Shown here one piece after another: positions 18,711 to 28,175 of a stretch of DNA of 64,000 nucleotides (the first letter of the stretch is position 1; every line of letters begins with the position of its first letter). Made by a program: the position numbers and the translations under genes. The notes under the pieces were generated by a model. That model saw nothing but the letters and a program-made list of their open reading frames with translations. It did no database searches and was not told where the DNA came from. The DNA lies in NCBI GenBank assembly GCA_009992175.1, contig JAACWA010000010.1:16864-80863 (forward strand), in the 5' to 3' direction. The stretch comes from an archaeon (lineage in GTDB: Archaea > Nanobdellota > Nanobdellia > Pacearchaeales > GW2011-AR1).

Positions 18711-19750
18711 TTCTTAAAATTATATTTAAAATCTTTTCCTTCATAGTTTTTCATTTTTACATTTCCATTTTTTTGTAATTTTGTGTAATTTGGTAAAATG
18801 GGAATTTTTCCTCCTCCACCTGGAGCATCAATTACAAAATGAGGTACTGCCATTCCACTAGTATGTCCCCTTAGTCCTTGGATGATGTCTAACCCTTCTT
18901 TAACATTTCCAATGAAGTGAGAGGTTCCTTTAACAAGGTCTGGCTGATAGAGGTAATATGGTTTTACTCCAATTGAAAGAAGTTTTCTATTCAATTCTTT
19001 AAAAATTTCTGGCTTGTTATTAACATCTTTTAAAATTATGCTTTGGTTACCTAGGGGAATTCCTATATCAATTAATTTTTCACATGCTTTTTTAGATTCT
19101 TTTGTAATTTCTTTTGGATGTTCAAAATGAGTATTTATGTAAAGAATAGGATTTTTATTGTGTCTTTTTAACATTTCACAAAGTTTGTCTGTTATTCTTT
19201 CTGGCATTGTGCAAGGAACCCGAGTTCCAATTCTAATCATTTCAATATGCTCTATTTTTCTTAAATCTATTAGAATTCTTTCCAAAGTTTCAACACTCAA
19301 TAAAAGAGGATCTCCTCCAGAAAGAATTACATCTCTTATTTCTTTATGATTTTCAATGTAATTTAGTGCTTTTTCAATTCCTTTTCTTGTAGGGTTTTTT
19401 ACAACCTCCCCAACTTTTCTTTTTCTTGTACAAAATCTACAATACATTGCACAGGTGTTGGAAATTAAAAGAAGACATCTGTCAGGATATCGGTGTGTCA
19501 AAAAAGGAATTTCATTTTCTTCATTTAATGGGTCTTCATTACCAAATTCCGAGTTTAATTCTTCTATTCTTGGAATGCACTGATTCCATATCACATCTCC
19601 TTTTTCTTCAATCAGTGAAAAATAATAATCACTTATTCTTAAAGGATATTTTTTAGTTACTTCTTCAAGATTAGTAATTTCTTCGTCGGAGAGAAAAATA
19701 TTTTTTTCACCAAGCTTTTCTTTAAGGTTTTGAACCGTAGTTATAAACAT
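18707..19750 (-). CDS. KamA-family radical SAM protein (lysine 2,3-aminomutase-like, EpmB-sized)
   Basis: LLLISNTCAMYCRFCTRKR (CxxxCxxC) in a KamA-type context; 347 aa. Confidence 0.75.
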   Translation of the reverse strand: MFITTVQNLKEKLGEKNIFLSDEEITNLEEVTKKYPLRISDYYFSLIEEKGDVIWNQCIPRIEELNSEFGNEDPLNEENEIPFLTHRYPDRCLLLISNTCAMYCRFCTRKRKVGEVVKNPTRKGIEKALNYIENHKEIRDVILSGGDPLLLSVETLERILIDLRKIEHIEMIRIGTRVPCTMPERITDKLCEMLKRHNKNPILYINTHFEHPKEITKESKKACEKLIDIGIPLGNQSIILKDVNNKPEIFKELNRKLLSIGVKPYYLYQPDLVKGTSHFIGNVKEGLDIIQGLRGHTSGMAVPHFVIDAPGGGGKIPILPNYTKLQKNGNVKMKNYEGKDFKYNFKN

Positions 19751-19902
19751 TTTAGAAGTAGTTTTAATTAAATTTTGTTCATCATCCCTTTTTGTTACTA
19801 CTCATTTCATATGAATATTTCTTTTTAAATTTTTGCTATTATTCTATTATTACTAAAAATTTATTTAGTTAATTATTTAAATTTTGTTTAAGAGTCTTAT
19901 TC

Positions 19903-20466
19903 ATGGCAGAGTATAATTTTATTCAAAGGAAAAAGGATATCCTCGGGAAAATGGATAAATCTCATGAGGGGGGATGGGATAAAAATATTTTGAATCTTTG
20001 TAACAAAATAAATAAAAAAGAAAATTATTACACCACTTCATCCTGCTCCGGAAGAAGTTTAATAATGGTAGACCAAATAAAAAAAGGTTCAGGTCTTTTT
20101 TTGTGGAAGAGTCATGAAAAAATAAGTTTGACTGAAATTAATGATTTTTTTAAAGGTTTTAAGGGAAAAGAACTTCTAAAATTTAAATGTGAACCTCCAA
20201 TTCTCCATGTTGTTTCTAAAACTCTTGGAGATGCAAGGATAATTTTGGAAAAAGGATTTAAAGTAGGATGGAAAAAATCCGGAATAATAAGTCTAGGCAA
20301 GAATATTGTTGTTGAATTTCATGGATCTGAAAAGTTAGAATTTCCAATTTGTAATAAGGAAAGAATTTTAGTTTCTCAAGATTTTTTGAGGTTGATTGTT
20401 AAAAAATCAAATAAAAAATTAGAAAAAAGCTGGAAATTAATAAAAAAACTTGAAAAAGTGATTTAG
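19903..20466 (+). CDS. taw3: tRNA wybutosine-synthesizing protein 3 (Taw3/TYW3 methyltransferase)
   Basis: YYTTSSCSGRSLIMVD, the TYW3 S.CSGR signature. Confidence 0.8.
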   Translation: MAEYNFIQRKKDILGKMDKSHEGGWDKNILNLCNKINKKENYYTTSSCSGRSLIMVDQIKKGSGLFLWKSHEKISLTEINDFFKGFKGKELLKFKCEPPILHVVSKTLGDARIILEKGFKVGWKKSGIISLGKNIVVEFHGSEKLEFPICNKERILVSQDFLRLIVKKSNKKLEKSWKLIKKLEKVI

Positions 20467-20500
20467 TAACTTTTTTATAATCTTTTTTCTTAAAAAAGCA

Positions 20501-20764
20501 ATGGATAAAAGTGAGATTGGAAATTTTATAGATTCAAATTTGAAGAGGGGTCTGCCAATTGAAGAGATAAGGCAACACCTTTTATCTCAAGGTTTTTTTG
20601 ATTATGACATCAAGGAAGCAATTTCTAAATTGAACTTGGAAGAATTTTCTCCAAAAAAAGAAGAAAAAATCTCTCCCAAAAAAAATGAATCGATGGAAGG
20701 ATGGGATAAAGAATTGCCTAAGGACTTAACTAAAGACTTACCTAAAGAAGTTCCAAAGATTTAA
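20501..20764 (+). CDS. hypothetical protein with KDLTKDLPKE repeats
   Basis: 87-aa ORF, C-terminal short peptide repeats. Confidence 0.3.
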   Translation: MDKSEIGNFIDSNLKRGLPIEEIRQHLLSQGFFDYDIKEAISKLNLEEFSPKKEEKISPKKNESMEGWDKELPKDLTKDLPKEVPKI

Positions 20765-20905
20765 ATCAATTTTTCTCTTTTTTAAAAAATAACTCCTTTT
20801 TTATATAAAGATATTTAAAGAAAACTCTATTTATTTTTTCAATATAGGAACTTTGCATAAGTAAAGTTAAAAAAGAGTAAAAAAGGAGGAATAAAAAACA
20901 AAAAT

Positions 20906-21985
20906 ATGGTACTTGATTTTGCAAAAGAAGCAATTCAAAATGCTTCAACCCACAGTATTAATTTTGATGAATTAAAAGCTGGAAAAGCTTCAATTAAAGT
21001 TATTGGTTGTGGTGGTTGTGGAAGTAATATGGTTACTTGGCTTTTTAATAAAGGAATTAATGGTGCAACAGTTTATGCTGCTAACACCGATGCTTTACAC
21101 TTAAGTGTTGCTAAAGCTGATGAAAAAATTCTTTTAGGAAAAGAATTAACAAGAGGTCTTGGTGCTGGTGGAAAACCTATGAAAGGTAGAGAAGCAGCTA
21201 AAGAATCTTTAGTTGATTTAAAAAAGGCAGTTAGTAGTTCTGATATGGTTTTTGTCCTTGCCGGAATGGGTGGAGGAACAGGAACTGGAGCAGCACCTGT
21301 TGTAGCTCAATTGGCTAAAGAAACAGGAGCAGTTGTTATTGGAGTTGTTACAATGCCTTTTGAAAGTGAAAAAGCTAGAATAGACAAAGCAGAATTTGGA
21401 TTGCAAGAATTAAGAGAAGCTACTGATACTTGTATCGTTCTTGATAACAATAGATTAGTAGATATCGCGGGTCAACTTCCTTTAGAACAAGCATTTGCTG
21501 TTGCTAACGAATTAGTTAGTACAATGGTAAAAGGTATCGTCGAAACAATTACTTTGCCTTCTTTAATTAACTTGGATTACGCTGATGTTTCATCTATTAT
21601 GAAAAACGGTGGAGTTGCAGTCATTGGAATTGGTGAAAGTGACGCTACAGACAGAGTGCACGAATCGGTAAAGCAAGCCCTTACTCATCCTCTACTTGAT
21701 GTGGATTACAAAGGTGCAAGCGGAGCTTTGGTGCATATAACATGTGGTCCTGACTTAAAACTTGAAGAATTCGATGTGATTGGTAGGACGGTTTCAGAAA
21801 ACTTAAGCCAAGATGCACAAGTTATTATTGGTGCTAGAATTGCTAAAGACTTTGTCGGGAAAGTTAGAGTGATTACAATAATGACAGGAGTTAAATCTCC
21901 ATACGTACTCGGAAAGGATTTTGAAGACCACGCAATGCCTCAATCTAAAGGTATGTCGGACTTAGGAATTGACATATACGGTTAA
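20906..21985 (+). CDS. ftsZ: cell division GTPase FtsZ
   Basis: GCGGCGSNMV; tubulin signature GMGGGTGTGAAPVVAQLAKE. Confidence 0.9.
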   Translation: MVLDFAKEAIQNASTHSINFDELKAGKASIKVIGCGGCGSNMVTWLFNKGINGATVYAANTDALHLSVAKADEKILLGKELTRGLGAGGKPMKGREAAKESLVDLKKAVSSSDMVFVLAGMGGGTGTGAAPVVAQLAKETGAVVIGVVTMPFESEKARIDKAEFGLQELREATDTCIVLDNNRLVDIAGQLPLEQAFAVANELVSTMVKGIVETITLPSLINLDYADVSSIMKNGGVAVIGIGESDATDRVHESVKQALTHPLLDVDYKGASGALVHITCGPDLKLEEFDVIGRTVSENLSQDAQVIIGARIAKDFVGKVRVITIMTGVKSPYVLGKDFEDHAMPQSKGMSDLGIDIYG

Positions 21986-22032
21986 TTCGATTGATTTAAA
22001 AATCCCTTTTATTTTTTTATTTTAAATTAATC

Positions 22033-22067
22033 CTGGGGGGGAGGGGCCTTCCAGGGTTTATTTTTTT
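22033..22067 (+). terminator. GC-rich hairpin (CCTGG-13 nt-CCAGG) followed by a T-run after ftsZ
   Basis: cctgggggggaggggccttccagggtttattttttt; unusually GC-rich for this genome. Confidence 0.35.
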
Positions 22068-22214
22068 AGAAAAAGTTTTTATAATTGTGAATTTTCTTTG
22101 AGACATGGATAAAAAAGAACTTGAAGAAACAATAAGATATTATTATGTTAGGATTATGTGGGCAATTATAATTTCAACTACTTTAATTCTTGGATCAATT
22201 TCTTCTAAATTATT

Positions 22215-22790
22215 TTAATATCCTTCGGGAGCACGAGAATCTATTTTTTCAGTTTTTTTCATCCTATACTTTTCCCATTTATTAAAATAAAGAATATTAT
22301 AAATGTCAGGGTCTTGCTTTTTCTTTTTGAAAATTTCATTAGAATATCCTATTGGAAAAAGAGCTTCAATAGTATAATCTTCAGATATTTTCAAGGTTTT
22401 TCCAATTTTTTCTTCATTCATGTGACCTATCCAACAGGTTGAAAGTCCAGATTCTTCAAGACTCAAAAGAAAATTTTGAATTGCTGCTCCAGTTTGTTGT
22501 GGGCAAAAGTATTCTCCCATTTTAGGGAAAGGAGTTGTCACAATTCCAGGATCAGAAACAACCACCACAACATATTGTGCTTCAGAAATAAAAGATTGTT
22601 CACACCATTTTGCAATTTCTTCAATTAATTGTTTATTATCTACAATCACAAACTTTAGATGAAAAAGTCCTCCAGCCATAGGAGCATATTGTGCAGTGTG
22701 AATTGCTTCAATTATATCTCTCCAATCAGGTTTTTTAGAAGAAAATTTCCTCACACTTTTTCTTTTCTTAATTGCTTCTTGTAATTTCAT
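22215..22790 (-). CDS. nitroreductase-family protein
   Basis: KRKSVRKFSSKKP... AP.A...Q pattern, FMN nitroreductase fold. Confidence 0.7.
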   Translation of the reverse strand: MKLQEAIKKRKSVRKFSSKKPDWRDIIEAIHTAQYAPMAGGLFHLKFVIVDNKQLIEEIAKWCEQSFISEAQYVVVVVSDPGIVTTPFPKMGEYFCPQQTGAAIQNFLLSLEESGLSTCWIGHMNEEKIGKTLKISEDYTIEALFPIGYSNEIFKKKKQDPDIYNILYFNKWEKYRMKKTEKIDSRAPEGY

Positions 22791-22823
22791 TAATTATTCA
22801 AGGTAAATGGGATTTTTAAGTTT

Positions 22824-23930
22824 TTAGAAACTAATAACTCCTCCACCAAGGCATTTCGTTTTGTTATAAAGAACAATTGCTTGGCCTTCTGAGACTCCGG
22901 TTATTCCTTTGTTTAGAGTTATTTTTATTTTGTTTTTTTCAAGAGATATTTTTGAAGGAATAAGTTCTCCCACTTGCCTGATTCTTGAAAAAACCTTTTT
23001 GTGTTTTAAAAAATCCTTTTTTGTTTCATCTATTAAATGTAAATTATTTAAGATTATCTCTTTTCTTAGAAGAATTTTATGTCCTTCGGGTGCTGCAACA
23101 ATTGTATTTGTTTTGGCATCTTTTTTTGCAACATACCATTTTTTTATTCTCTTTGTGTTGTTTGTCCTATTAACTTCAAATCCATATCTTGGACCAAGTC
23201 TTTGCCCAACAGTATAAAAATAAATTCCATCGTGTTCTCCAACAACTTTTCCATCTGGGTCTAAAATTTTTCCTTTTTTTGGTTTTATTTTTTTACTTAA
23301 AAAATCTTTCAAGTTAACTTTTCCAATAAAACAAATTCCTGTTGTTCCTTTTTTGTTTGCATTTTGGAATTTATTTTTTTCTGCAATTTTTCTTACTTTT
23401 ATTTTTGTTAATTCTCCAACTGGAAAAAGCGTTCGTGAAAAGTCTTCTTGACTTTGCCTGTAAAGAAAATAGGATTGGTCTTTACTTTCATCTTTTCCCC
23501 TATGGAGTTCAAAATTTTTCCCTTTTTTCTTTATTCTAGCATAATGTCCTGTTGCAATTAAGTTTATTCCAATTTTTTTTGCGGCTTTTATAAGGAGAGG
23601 AAATTTTATTTTTTCATTACAATCAATATCTGGGTTTGGAGTGATTCCAATTTTGTACTTTTTGAACATTTCATCAACTACAAGTTTTTTGTATTCTTTT
23701 TCAAAATCTAAGGTTACAAAAGGAATTCCAAGTTTTGTTGCAATTTTTATTGCATGATTTCTTTCTTCTACCCATGCACATTCTCCTGTTATTTTATTTT
23801 TGGTGTCAGACCAATTTTTCATAAATGCTCCATAAACATCATAACCTTTTTTTTGAAGTAAAAGTGCTGCAACTGAAGAATCCACTCCTCCGCTCATTGC
23901 AAGAAGAACTTTTTGTTTTTCCTTTTCCAT
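22824..23930 (-). CDS. mnmA: tRNA 2-thiouridine synthase MnmA-like
   Basis: PP-loop AMSGGVDSSVAALLL; C-terminal ...GQRLGPRYGFEV... Confidence 0.85.
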   Translation of the reverse strand: MEKEKQKVLLAMSGGVDSSVAALLLQKKGYDVYGAFMKNWSDTKNKITGECAWVEERNHAIKIATKLGIPFVTLDFEKEYKKLVVDEMFKKYKIGITPNPDIDCNEKIKFPLLIKAAKKIGINLIATGHYARIKKKGKNFELHRGKDESKDQSYFLYRQSQEDFSRTLFPVGELTKIKVRKIAEKNKFQNANKKGTTGICFIGKVNLKDFLSKKIKPKKGKILDPDGKVVGEHDGIYFYTVGQRLGPRYGFEVNRTNNTKRIKKWYVAKKDAKTNTIVAAPEGHKILLRKEIILNNLHLIDETKKDFLKHKKVFSRIRQVGELIPSKISLEKNKIKITLNKGITGVSEGQAIVLYNKTKCLGGGVISF

Positions 23931-23976
23931 ATAGTTAGTTAGAAATAGAGAATTAAAAGTTTATTCTTTTAGAAAA

Positions 23977-24049
23977 CGTCCCGAGAAGGACTCGAACCTT
24001 CGACCTAACGGTTAACAGCCGTTCGCTCTACCAACTGAGCTATCGGGAC
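23977..24049 (-). tRNA. tRNA-Asn (anticodon GTT)
   Basis: Minus-strand fold: GTCCCGA-TA-GCTC-AGTTGGTA-GAGC-G-AACGG-CTGTTAA-CCGTT-AGGTC-GAAGG-TTCGAGT-CCTTC-TCGGGAC-G; discriminator G. Confidence 0.8.
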
Positions 24050-24070
24050 ATATTCATCTTTAAGAAAATT

Positions 24071-24081
24071 CTTATTTAAAG
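24071..24081 (-). promoter_or_regulatory. TATA-like box (TTTAAATAAG) about 28 nt upstream of tRNA-Asn
   Basis: Spacing and A/T composition match an archaeal promoter. Confidence 0.4.
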
Positions 24082-24085
24082 GTTT

Positions 24086-24595
24086 TTATTGGTTTTTCTC
24101 TTTTAAACCCAAATCAAGAAGGGGATCCTCTTCCCTTTTTTCAAGTCCTTTGTAAACATGTGAATGTTTTGAGCCTTGGACAATCTGAATTACTGCATCA
24201 ATTGCAGGTTTCATGTTTTCAGGATCTCCAACAATTCCCACTTCATTCCCTTTCATTTCAAAAGAACATTTTGTTAATTCTGAAAGTGCTTTTAAGACTG
24301 AACCATTTTTACCAATTAGTCTTCCCCTCACTTTTTCTACGTTTCCTCTTCTAACAAAATCCTTTATATTTATTCTATCAAATTCCAAATCTTTTTCTTT
24401 TATTAAAGAAGCATCAGAAAAACTAAAGCCCATATCAAGAGCATCAAAAACCATTGTTGCAATAAACTCATCTTCTGCAGAACCTTCAAAACTAACTTCT
24501 TTACCTTTATTGGTAATTTTCACATTTAGGAGTTTTTCAAGTTTTTTCTTATTCTTGATAATTCTCACAATTTTGTCTAAAATTATTGTTTTCAT
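24086..24595 (-). CDS. KH-domain RNA-binding protein (Dim2/Pno1-like)
   Basis: Two KH-like segments, GRLIGKNGSVLKAL. Confidence 0.65.
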   Translation of the reverse strand: MKTIILDKIVRIIKNKKKLEKLLNVKITNKGKEVSFEGSAEDEFIATMVFDALDMGFSFSDASLIKEKDLEFDRINIKDFVRRGNVEKVRGRLIGKNGSVLKALSELTKCSFEMKGNEVGIVGDPENMKPAIDAVIQIVQGSKHSHVYKGLEKREEDPLLDLGLKEKNQ

Positions 24596-24643
24596 ATTTA
24601 CGAGAAAAGCTTTGAAGTTATAAGTTTTTTGATGTTTAAATTA

Positions 24644-24976
24644 TTAGAATTCTTCATTCTCTTTTTCTAAAAATCCATTTTTTTTAAGCCAAGCAATTTG
24701 GTTTGGTTTGTATTTAAGAAGTATTTCCCCTTTTGTGTCATCAAGTTCCCAAGGTTCAATAATTATCACATCTCCTGGCCTAAGCCATAAATATCTTTTT
24801 AGTCTTCCAGGAACCCTTCCCATTCTTTCTTTTTTGTCCAAACAATTAACTTTCATCTTGTTTCCCCCATATCTTTGTTCAATAATTCCAATTATTTCAC
24901 GCCCTTTTGGAAGCGGAGCTCTTGTTATTGATGGTTCTTCAGCTTTTTTGTTTGAACTATTTTTGTGGTAACCCAT
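24644..24976 (-). CDS. eif1a: translation initiation factor 1A
   Basis: S1-like OB: EIIGIIEQRYGGNKMKVNCLD...GRLKRYLWLRPGDVIIIEPW. Confidence 0.85.
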   Translation of the reverse strand: MGYHKNSSNKKAEEPSITRAPLPKGREIIGIIEQRYGGNKMKVNCLDKKERMGRVPGRLKRYLWLRPGDVIIIEPWELDDTKGEILLKYKPNQIAWLKKNGFLEKENEEF

Positions 24977-24998
24977 ATATATTAATCAAAAATTTTCT

Positions 24999-25775
24999 TT
25001 ATAAGACTTTTGGGGTTGAATTTAAAGAATAGATGTCCCTTATTCCGTATTTATCGGGAGCGATAAGTCCCATATTAACAGAATTAACAAATTTTAAATT
25101 AAAATTTAGTTTGGGTTGTTTTTTGATTTCAAGATAGATAATTGCATGGTCTTTGCTTTTTCTTTTTCCAAATTTTATCTCTATTCCTTTTATATTGTTA
25201 AAATAATCAATAATATTAATTTGTTTTGTTTCATTCCATATTTCTAGAAAATGATTTCGATTCGATTTTCTTAAGTTATCAAATACTTCTTTTTTGTTTT
25301 TGAGCATTGTGACCTCAAAAAAAGATATTCTTGCAATTCCATCCTTTTTCAAAATTCTATTCACTTCTTTAAAGAATTCAATTTTATCTTTGTATAGATA
25401 TACTGAATGAAGACAGTAGATGAAATCAAAGCTTTCTTTTCTGAAAGGGAGTTTTTTTTCCGCGTTAAGATAAATTATTTTTGGAAAGTTTTTTATTTTT
25501 TTAATATCTTCTTTTGTGAAAAGACCTCTTTTTATAGACATTCTTTTCAAATCTTTAATTGTGCCATGTTGTTTATTTTTATTGTAACCAATAACTTCAA
25601 TTCTATTTCCAAATTTTTTTAATAAACCCGTCATTGCAAGACCATAACCACAGCCAGCATCAAGAATTTTAACTTTTTTTTGATATTTTAGTTTGTTTTT
25701 AATTAATCCACTAAAATTTTCAAGATAACTGTCAAGTTCTCCAAGACCCCTATTTTTTCTCATTTGATTGGTCAT
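24999..25775 (-). CDS. class I SAM-dependent methyltransferase
   Basis: VKILDAGCGYGLAM (motif I). Confidence 0.7.
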   Translation of the reverse strand: MTNQMRKNRGLGELDSYLENFSGLIKNKLKYQKKVKILDAGCGYGLAMTGLLKKFGNRIEVIGYNKNKQHGTIKDLKRMSIKRGLFTKEDIKKIKNFPKIIYLNAEKKLPFRKESFDFIYCLHSVYLYKDKIEFFKEVNRILKKDGIARISFFEVTMLKNKKEVFDNLRKSNRNHFLEIWNETKQINIIDYFNNIKGIEIKFGKRKSKDHAIIYLEIKKQPKLNFNLKFVNSVNMGLIAPDKYGIRDIYSLNSTPKVL

Positions 25776-25808
25776 TAGATTTATTTATCCTTTTGAATAT
25801 AAAAACTT

Positions 25809-26114
25809 TTATAATAAAATTAATGTATAAGGAATTCCATCAATTTTTAGAATTTGTTCTTCATTAATTATTCCCGCTTCAAGTGCACAATTTATTGAAT
25901 TTTCTCCAACAATGTTAAAAGTTGCATCTTCTTTAGAGAAATTAATCATAATTTCTTTAACTTCTTCTTTTGGAAGAGGATTTTCATTTTCTCCTTTGTA
26001 AAATGATTCTTTGATATCCAATTGCTTCTTTCCTTCAAAAAATTGTTTTCCAATTAGCTCTTTATCCACAATTGCTACAACTTCCCTATATGATTCTATT
26101 ATATTCACAAACAT
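25809..26114 (-). CDS. hypothetical protein
   Basis: 101-aa ORF, no recognisable motif. Confidence 0.35.
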   Translation of the reverse strand: MFVNIIESYREVVAIVDKELIGKQFFEGKKQLDIKESFYKGENENPLPKEEVKEIMINFSKEDATFNIVGENSINCALEAGIINEEQILKIDGIPYTLILL

Positions 26115-26165
26115 CTTTTCTTAGATTTCGATTTAATTAAAAAAATAAAATAAAAATAAACTTAT

Positions 26166-26363
26166 TTAGTATGCTTTTTTAGCTTCTCCAGATTTAACCA
26201 ATTTCTCGGCGTCATCTTTTGATTTCATTGCACACATTCCACATCCACAATCAGTGCATTTACCTTTAGCCATGAATCCTCCTCTTGAGGTTTGAGTCAT
26301 TTGCACATCTTTCATTGGATGTCCTTTAACTTTACATTTTACGCAATATCCTGTTACTGTCAT
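26166..26363 (-). CDS. small Cys-rich zinc-ribbon protein
   Basis: CVKCK...CTDCGCGMC. Confidence 0.4.
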   Translation of the reverse strand: MTVTGYCVKCKVKGHPMKDVQMTQTSRGGFMAKGKCTDCGCGMCAMKSKDDAEKLVKSGEAKKAY

Positions 26364-26442
26364 TTTTTTTACCTCCTTGTCCTTTTTCTGTTAATTTAAT
26401 AGAGTAATTTTATTTTTTAAAGGTTCTGGAACTGTGGGAAAG

Positions 26443-26853
26443 TTATATTTTACTTCTAACTGGGTGTTTTGCCCCACATGCAAGACAATGAATTATTGTG
26501 AATTTACCCTCTTTAATTAATTCAGTATCTGGTTTTTTACATTCTTTACATAATACAAATTCTTCAACATACTGTTCAATTTTGGGATTAATTTTTTTAC
26601 TTGGAACTTTCATGTTAAGAATTACTCTTTCTCCATCAATTGTCGCTTTTGCAGCTAACTCTTTTGTTAAAAATTTTAGAAAGTGTTCTTTACTTCTCCT
26701 TAAATTAGAAGTTATTTGAAAGAAGTTAGTTAGAGCCGTTTTCTTTCCAACAAACATTCCTTCAATTTTTGGAATTTCAAACCTTTCTCCTGTACCTTCA
26801 ACAACTTTTACATCTTTATATGCTCTATTTAATAATTCTTCATAACTTTCCAT
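26443..26853 (-). CDS. eif2b: translation initiation factor 2 beta subunit
   Basis: eIF2beta/eIF5 domain with C4 finger CKECKKPDT...CLACG. Confidence 0.85.
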   Translation of the reverse strand: MESYEELLNRAYKDVKVVEGTGERFEIPKIEGMFVGKKTALTNFFQITSNLRRSKEHFLKFLTKELAAKATIDGERVILNMKVPSKKINPKIEQYVEEFVLCKECKKPDTELIKEGKFTIIHCLACGAKHPVRSKI

Positions 26854-26903
26854 AAATTTCCTTATTGAGGCAAGTTTATAAAATCTTTTGTATTAAGATT
26901 AAT

Positions 26904-27431
26904 ATGAATATAAAAGAAGTTTTTTTAGGAATTGCAGTTTTAATTCTAACCTTTTTTGTGGTGACCTATGGAATAAATACTTTTTATTCTGAACCTAAGT
27001 ATGATGATTTTTGTAGTCCAAGTCTTTGGCAAGTTCAAAATTTAAATGAAACAACTTGTTTTGATTTAGGGGGAAAATGGACTTCTTATGCTCAACCAGT
27101 AAAGGGAGAAGTTCCAGGTTATTGCGACCAAGATTTTAGTTGTCGTGAAGCGTATAATTTAAAGTTAGAGAGTTATCATATGAATGTTTTCTTAATTGCG
27201 GTTCCTTTGGGAATATTATTAATTCTTTTGGGAGCTTACTTTTTTAGTTTAGATTTTGTTGGAGTTGGAATTATGGGAGGGGGTTTAGGAACTGTTCTTA
27301 AAGGAGTTTCAAGCTACTGGAGTTATTCAAATGATTTTGTTAGATTTTTAATTTCTCTTGCAGGATTAATAATTGTAATTTATTTTGGATATAAATTTCA
27401 AGATAAAATTAAGAGTAAGAAGAAAAAGTAG
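26904..27431 (+). CDS. hypothetical membrane protein
   Basis: N-terminal TM, Cys-containing exported segment, 2 C-terminal TMs. Confidence 0.4.
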   Translation: MNIKEVFLGIAVLILTFFVVTYGINTFYSEPKYDDFCSPSLWQVQNLNETTCFDLGGKWTSYAQPVKGEVPGYCDQDFSCREAYNLKLESYHMNVFLIAVPLGILLILLGAYFFSLDFVGVGIMGGGLGTVLKGVSSYWSYSNDFVRFLISLAGLIIVIYFGYKFQDKIKSKKKK

Positions 27432-27432
27432 T

Positions 27433-28062
27433 TTAACCTAAATATCTAAGTCTTCCGGGTCTAGGTTCAAAGATTATTCCTTCTTCAAGGAGCTTTTTTA
27501 TTTCTTCATTAATTGTGTCAGTTGAAACTTCTCTAAATTCAAGAATTATTTTTTCAGAGTCAATTCCTCCATCACTTTCAGCTTCTTTTATTTTTCCTAA
27601 AATTTTATCCTTTATTGCCTGAACAACTTTTTTATCCGTAACGGGTTTTGAAGTATCACTTTTTTGTTTTTCAAGTTCAAGTTTTCTGACTAAAAGGTAT
27701 TTTGGATCTTTTGCTGAAATTATTTCTGGTTGGATATAAGTTTCATTGTTCCAATTTCTAACAACTCCAATAACTGCAACTGTTTCTCCTTGGGTTATTC
27801 CTTTGAATTTTTCAGAGTCTTCTTCACCAAAAACTTTTAATTTTATTTGCCCTGAACCATCATCAAGTGTAAAAAAAAGATATTTTTTATCTCCTTCACT
27901 TTCATATTTGTCAACAATGTTTCCAATTACATTTGTTCTTGAAATTTTTTTGCTTCCAAGCTCAAGATAGATAAATTTGTCATTGTCAAAAATTGGTTTC
28001 CCCAAAAGTATGTTTCCTATTCTTAGTTTGTATGCAATGTTTCTTTTATATTGGTCTGTCAT
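27433..28062 (-). CDS. RPA32-like OB-fold protein with C-terminal winged helix
   Basis: OB core ISRTNVIGNIVDKYE...KYLFFTLDDGSGQIKLKVFGE...GETVAVIGVVRNWNNETYIQ; C-terminal wH IFEPRPGRLRYLG resembling the MCM C-terminal wH (IFKPRRGYVQKL). Confidence 0.5.
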   Translation of the reverse strand: MTDQYKRNIAYKLRIGNILLGKPIFDNDKFIYLELGSKKISRTNVIGNIVDKYESEGDKKYLFFTLDDGSGQIKLKVFGEEDSEKFKGITQGETVAVIGVVRNWNNETYIQPEIISAKDPKYLLVRKLELEKQKSDTSKPVTDKKVVQAIKDKILGKIKEAESDGGIDSEKIILEFREVSTDTINEEIKKLLEEGIIFEPRPGRLRYLG

Positions 28063-28175
28063 GTTTACAAAAATGAGGTGCGGTTTTTAAATATTTATGT
28101 TTATGAACTAAATCAGAGAAAATTTATAAATAAATTTTAAAGATTCAGATTTTTTTAACTAAATTATAAAATTTT

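Noticed and set aside
20690-20760. Tandem nucleotide repeat aaggacttaactaaagacttacctaaagaagtt
   Set aside because: It is an in-frame peptide repeat within ORF 20501-20764, not a CRISPR or minisatellite element.
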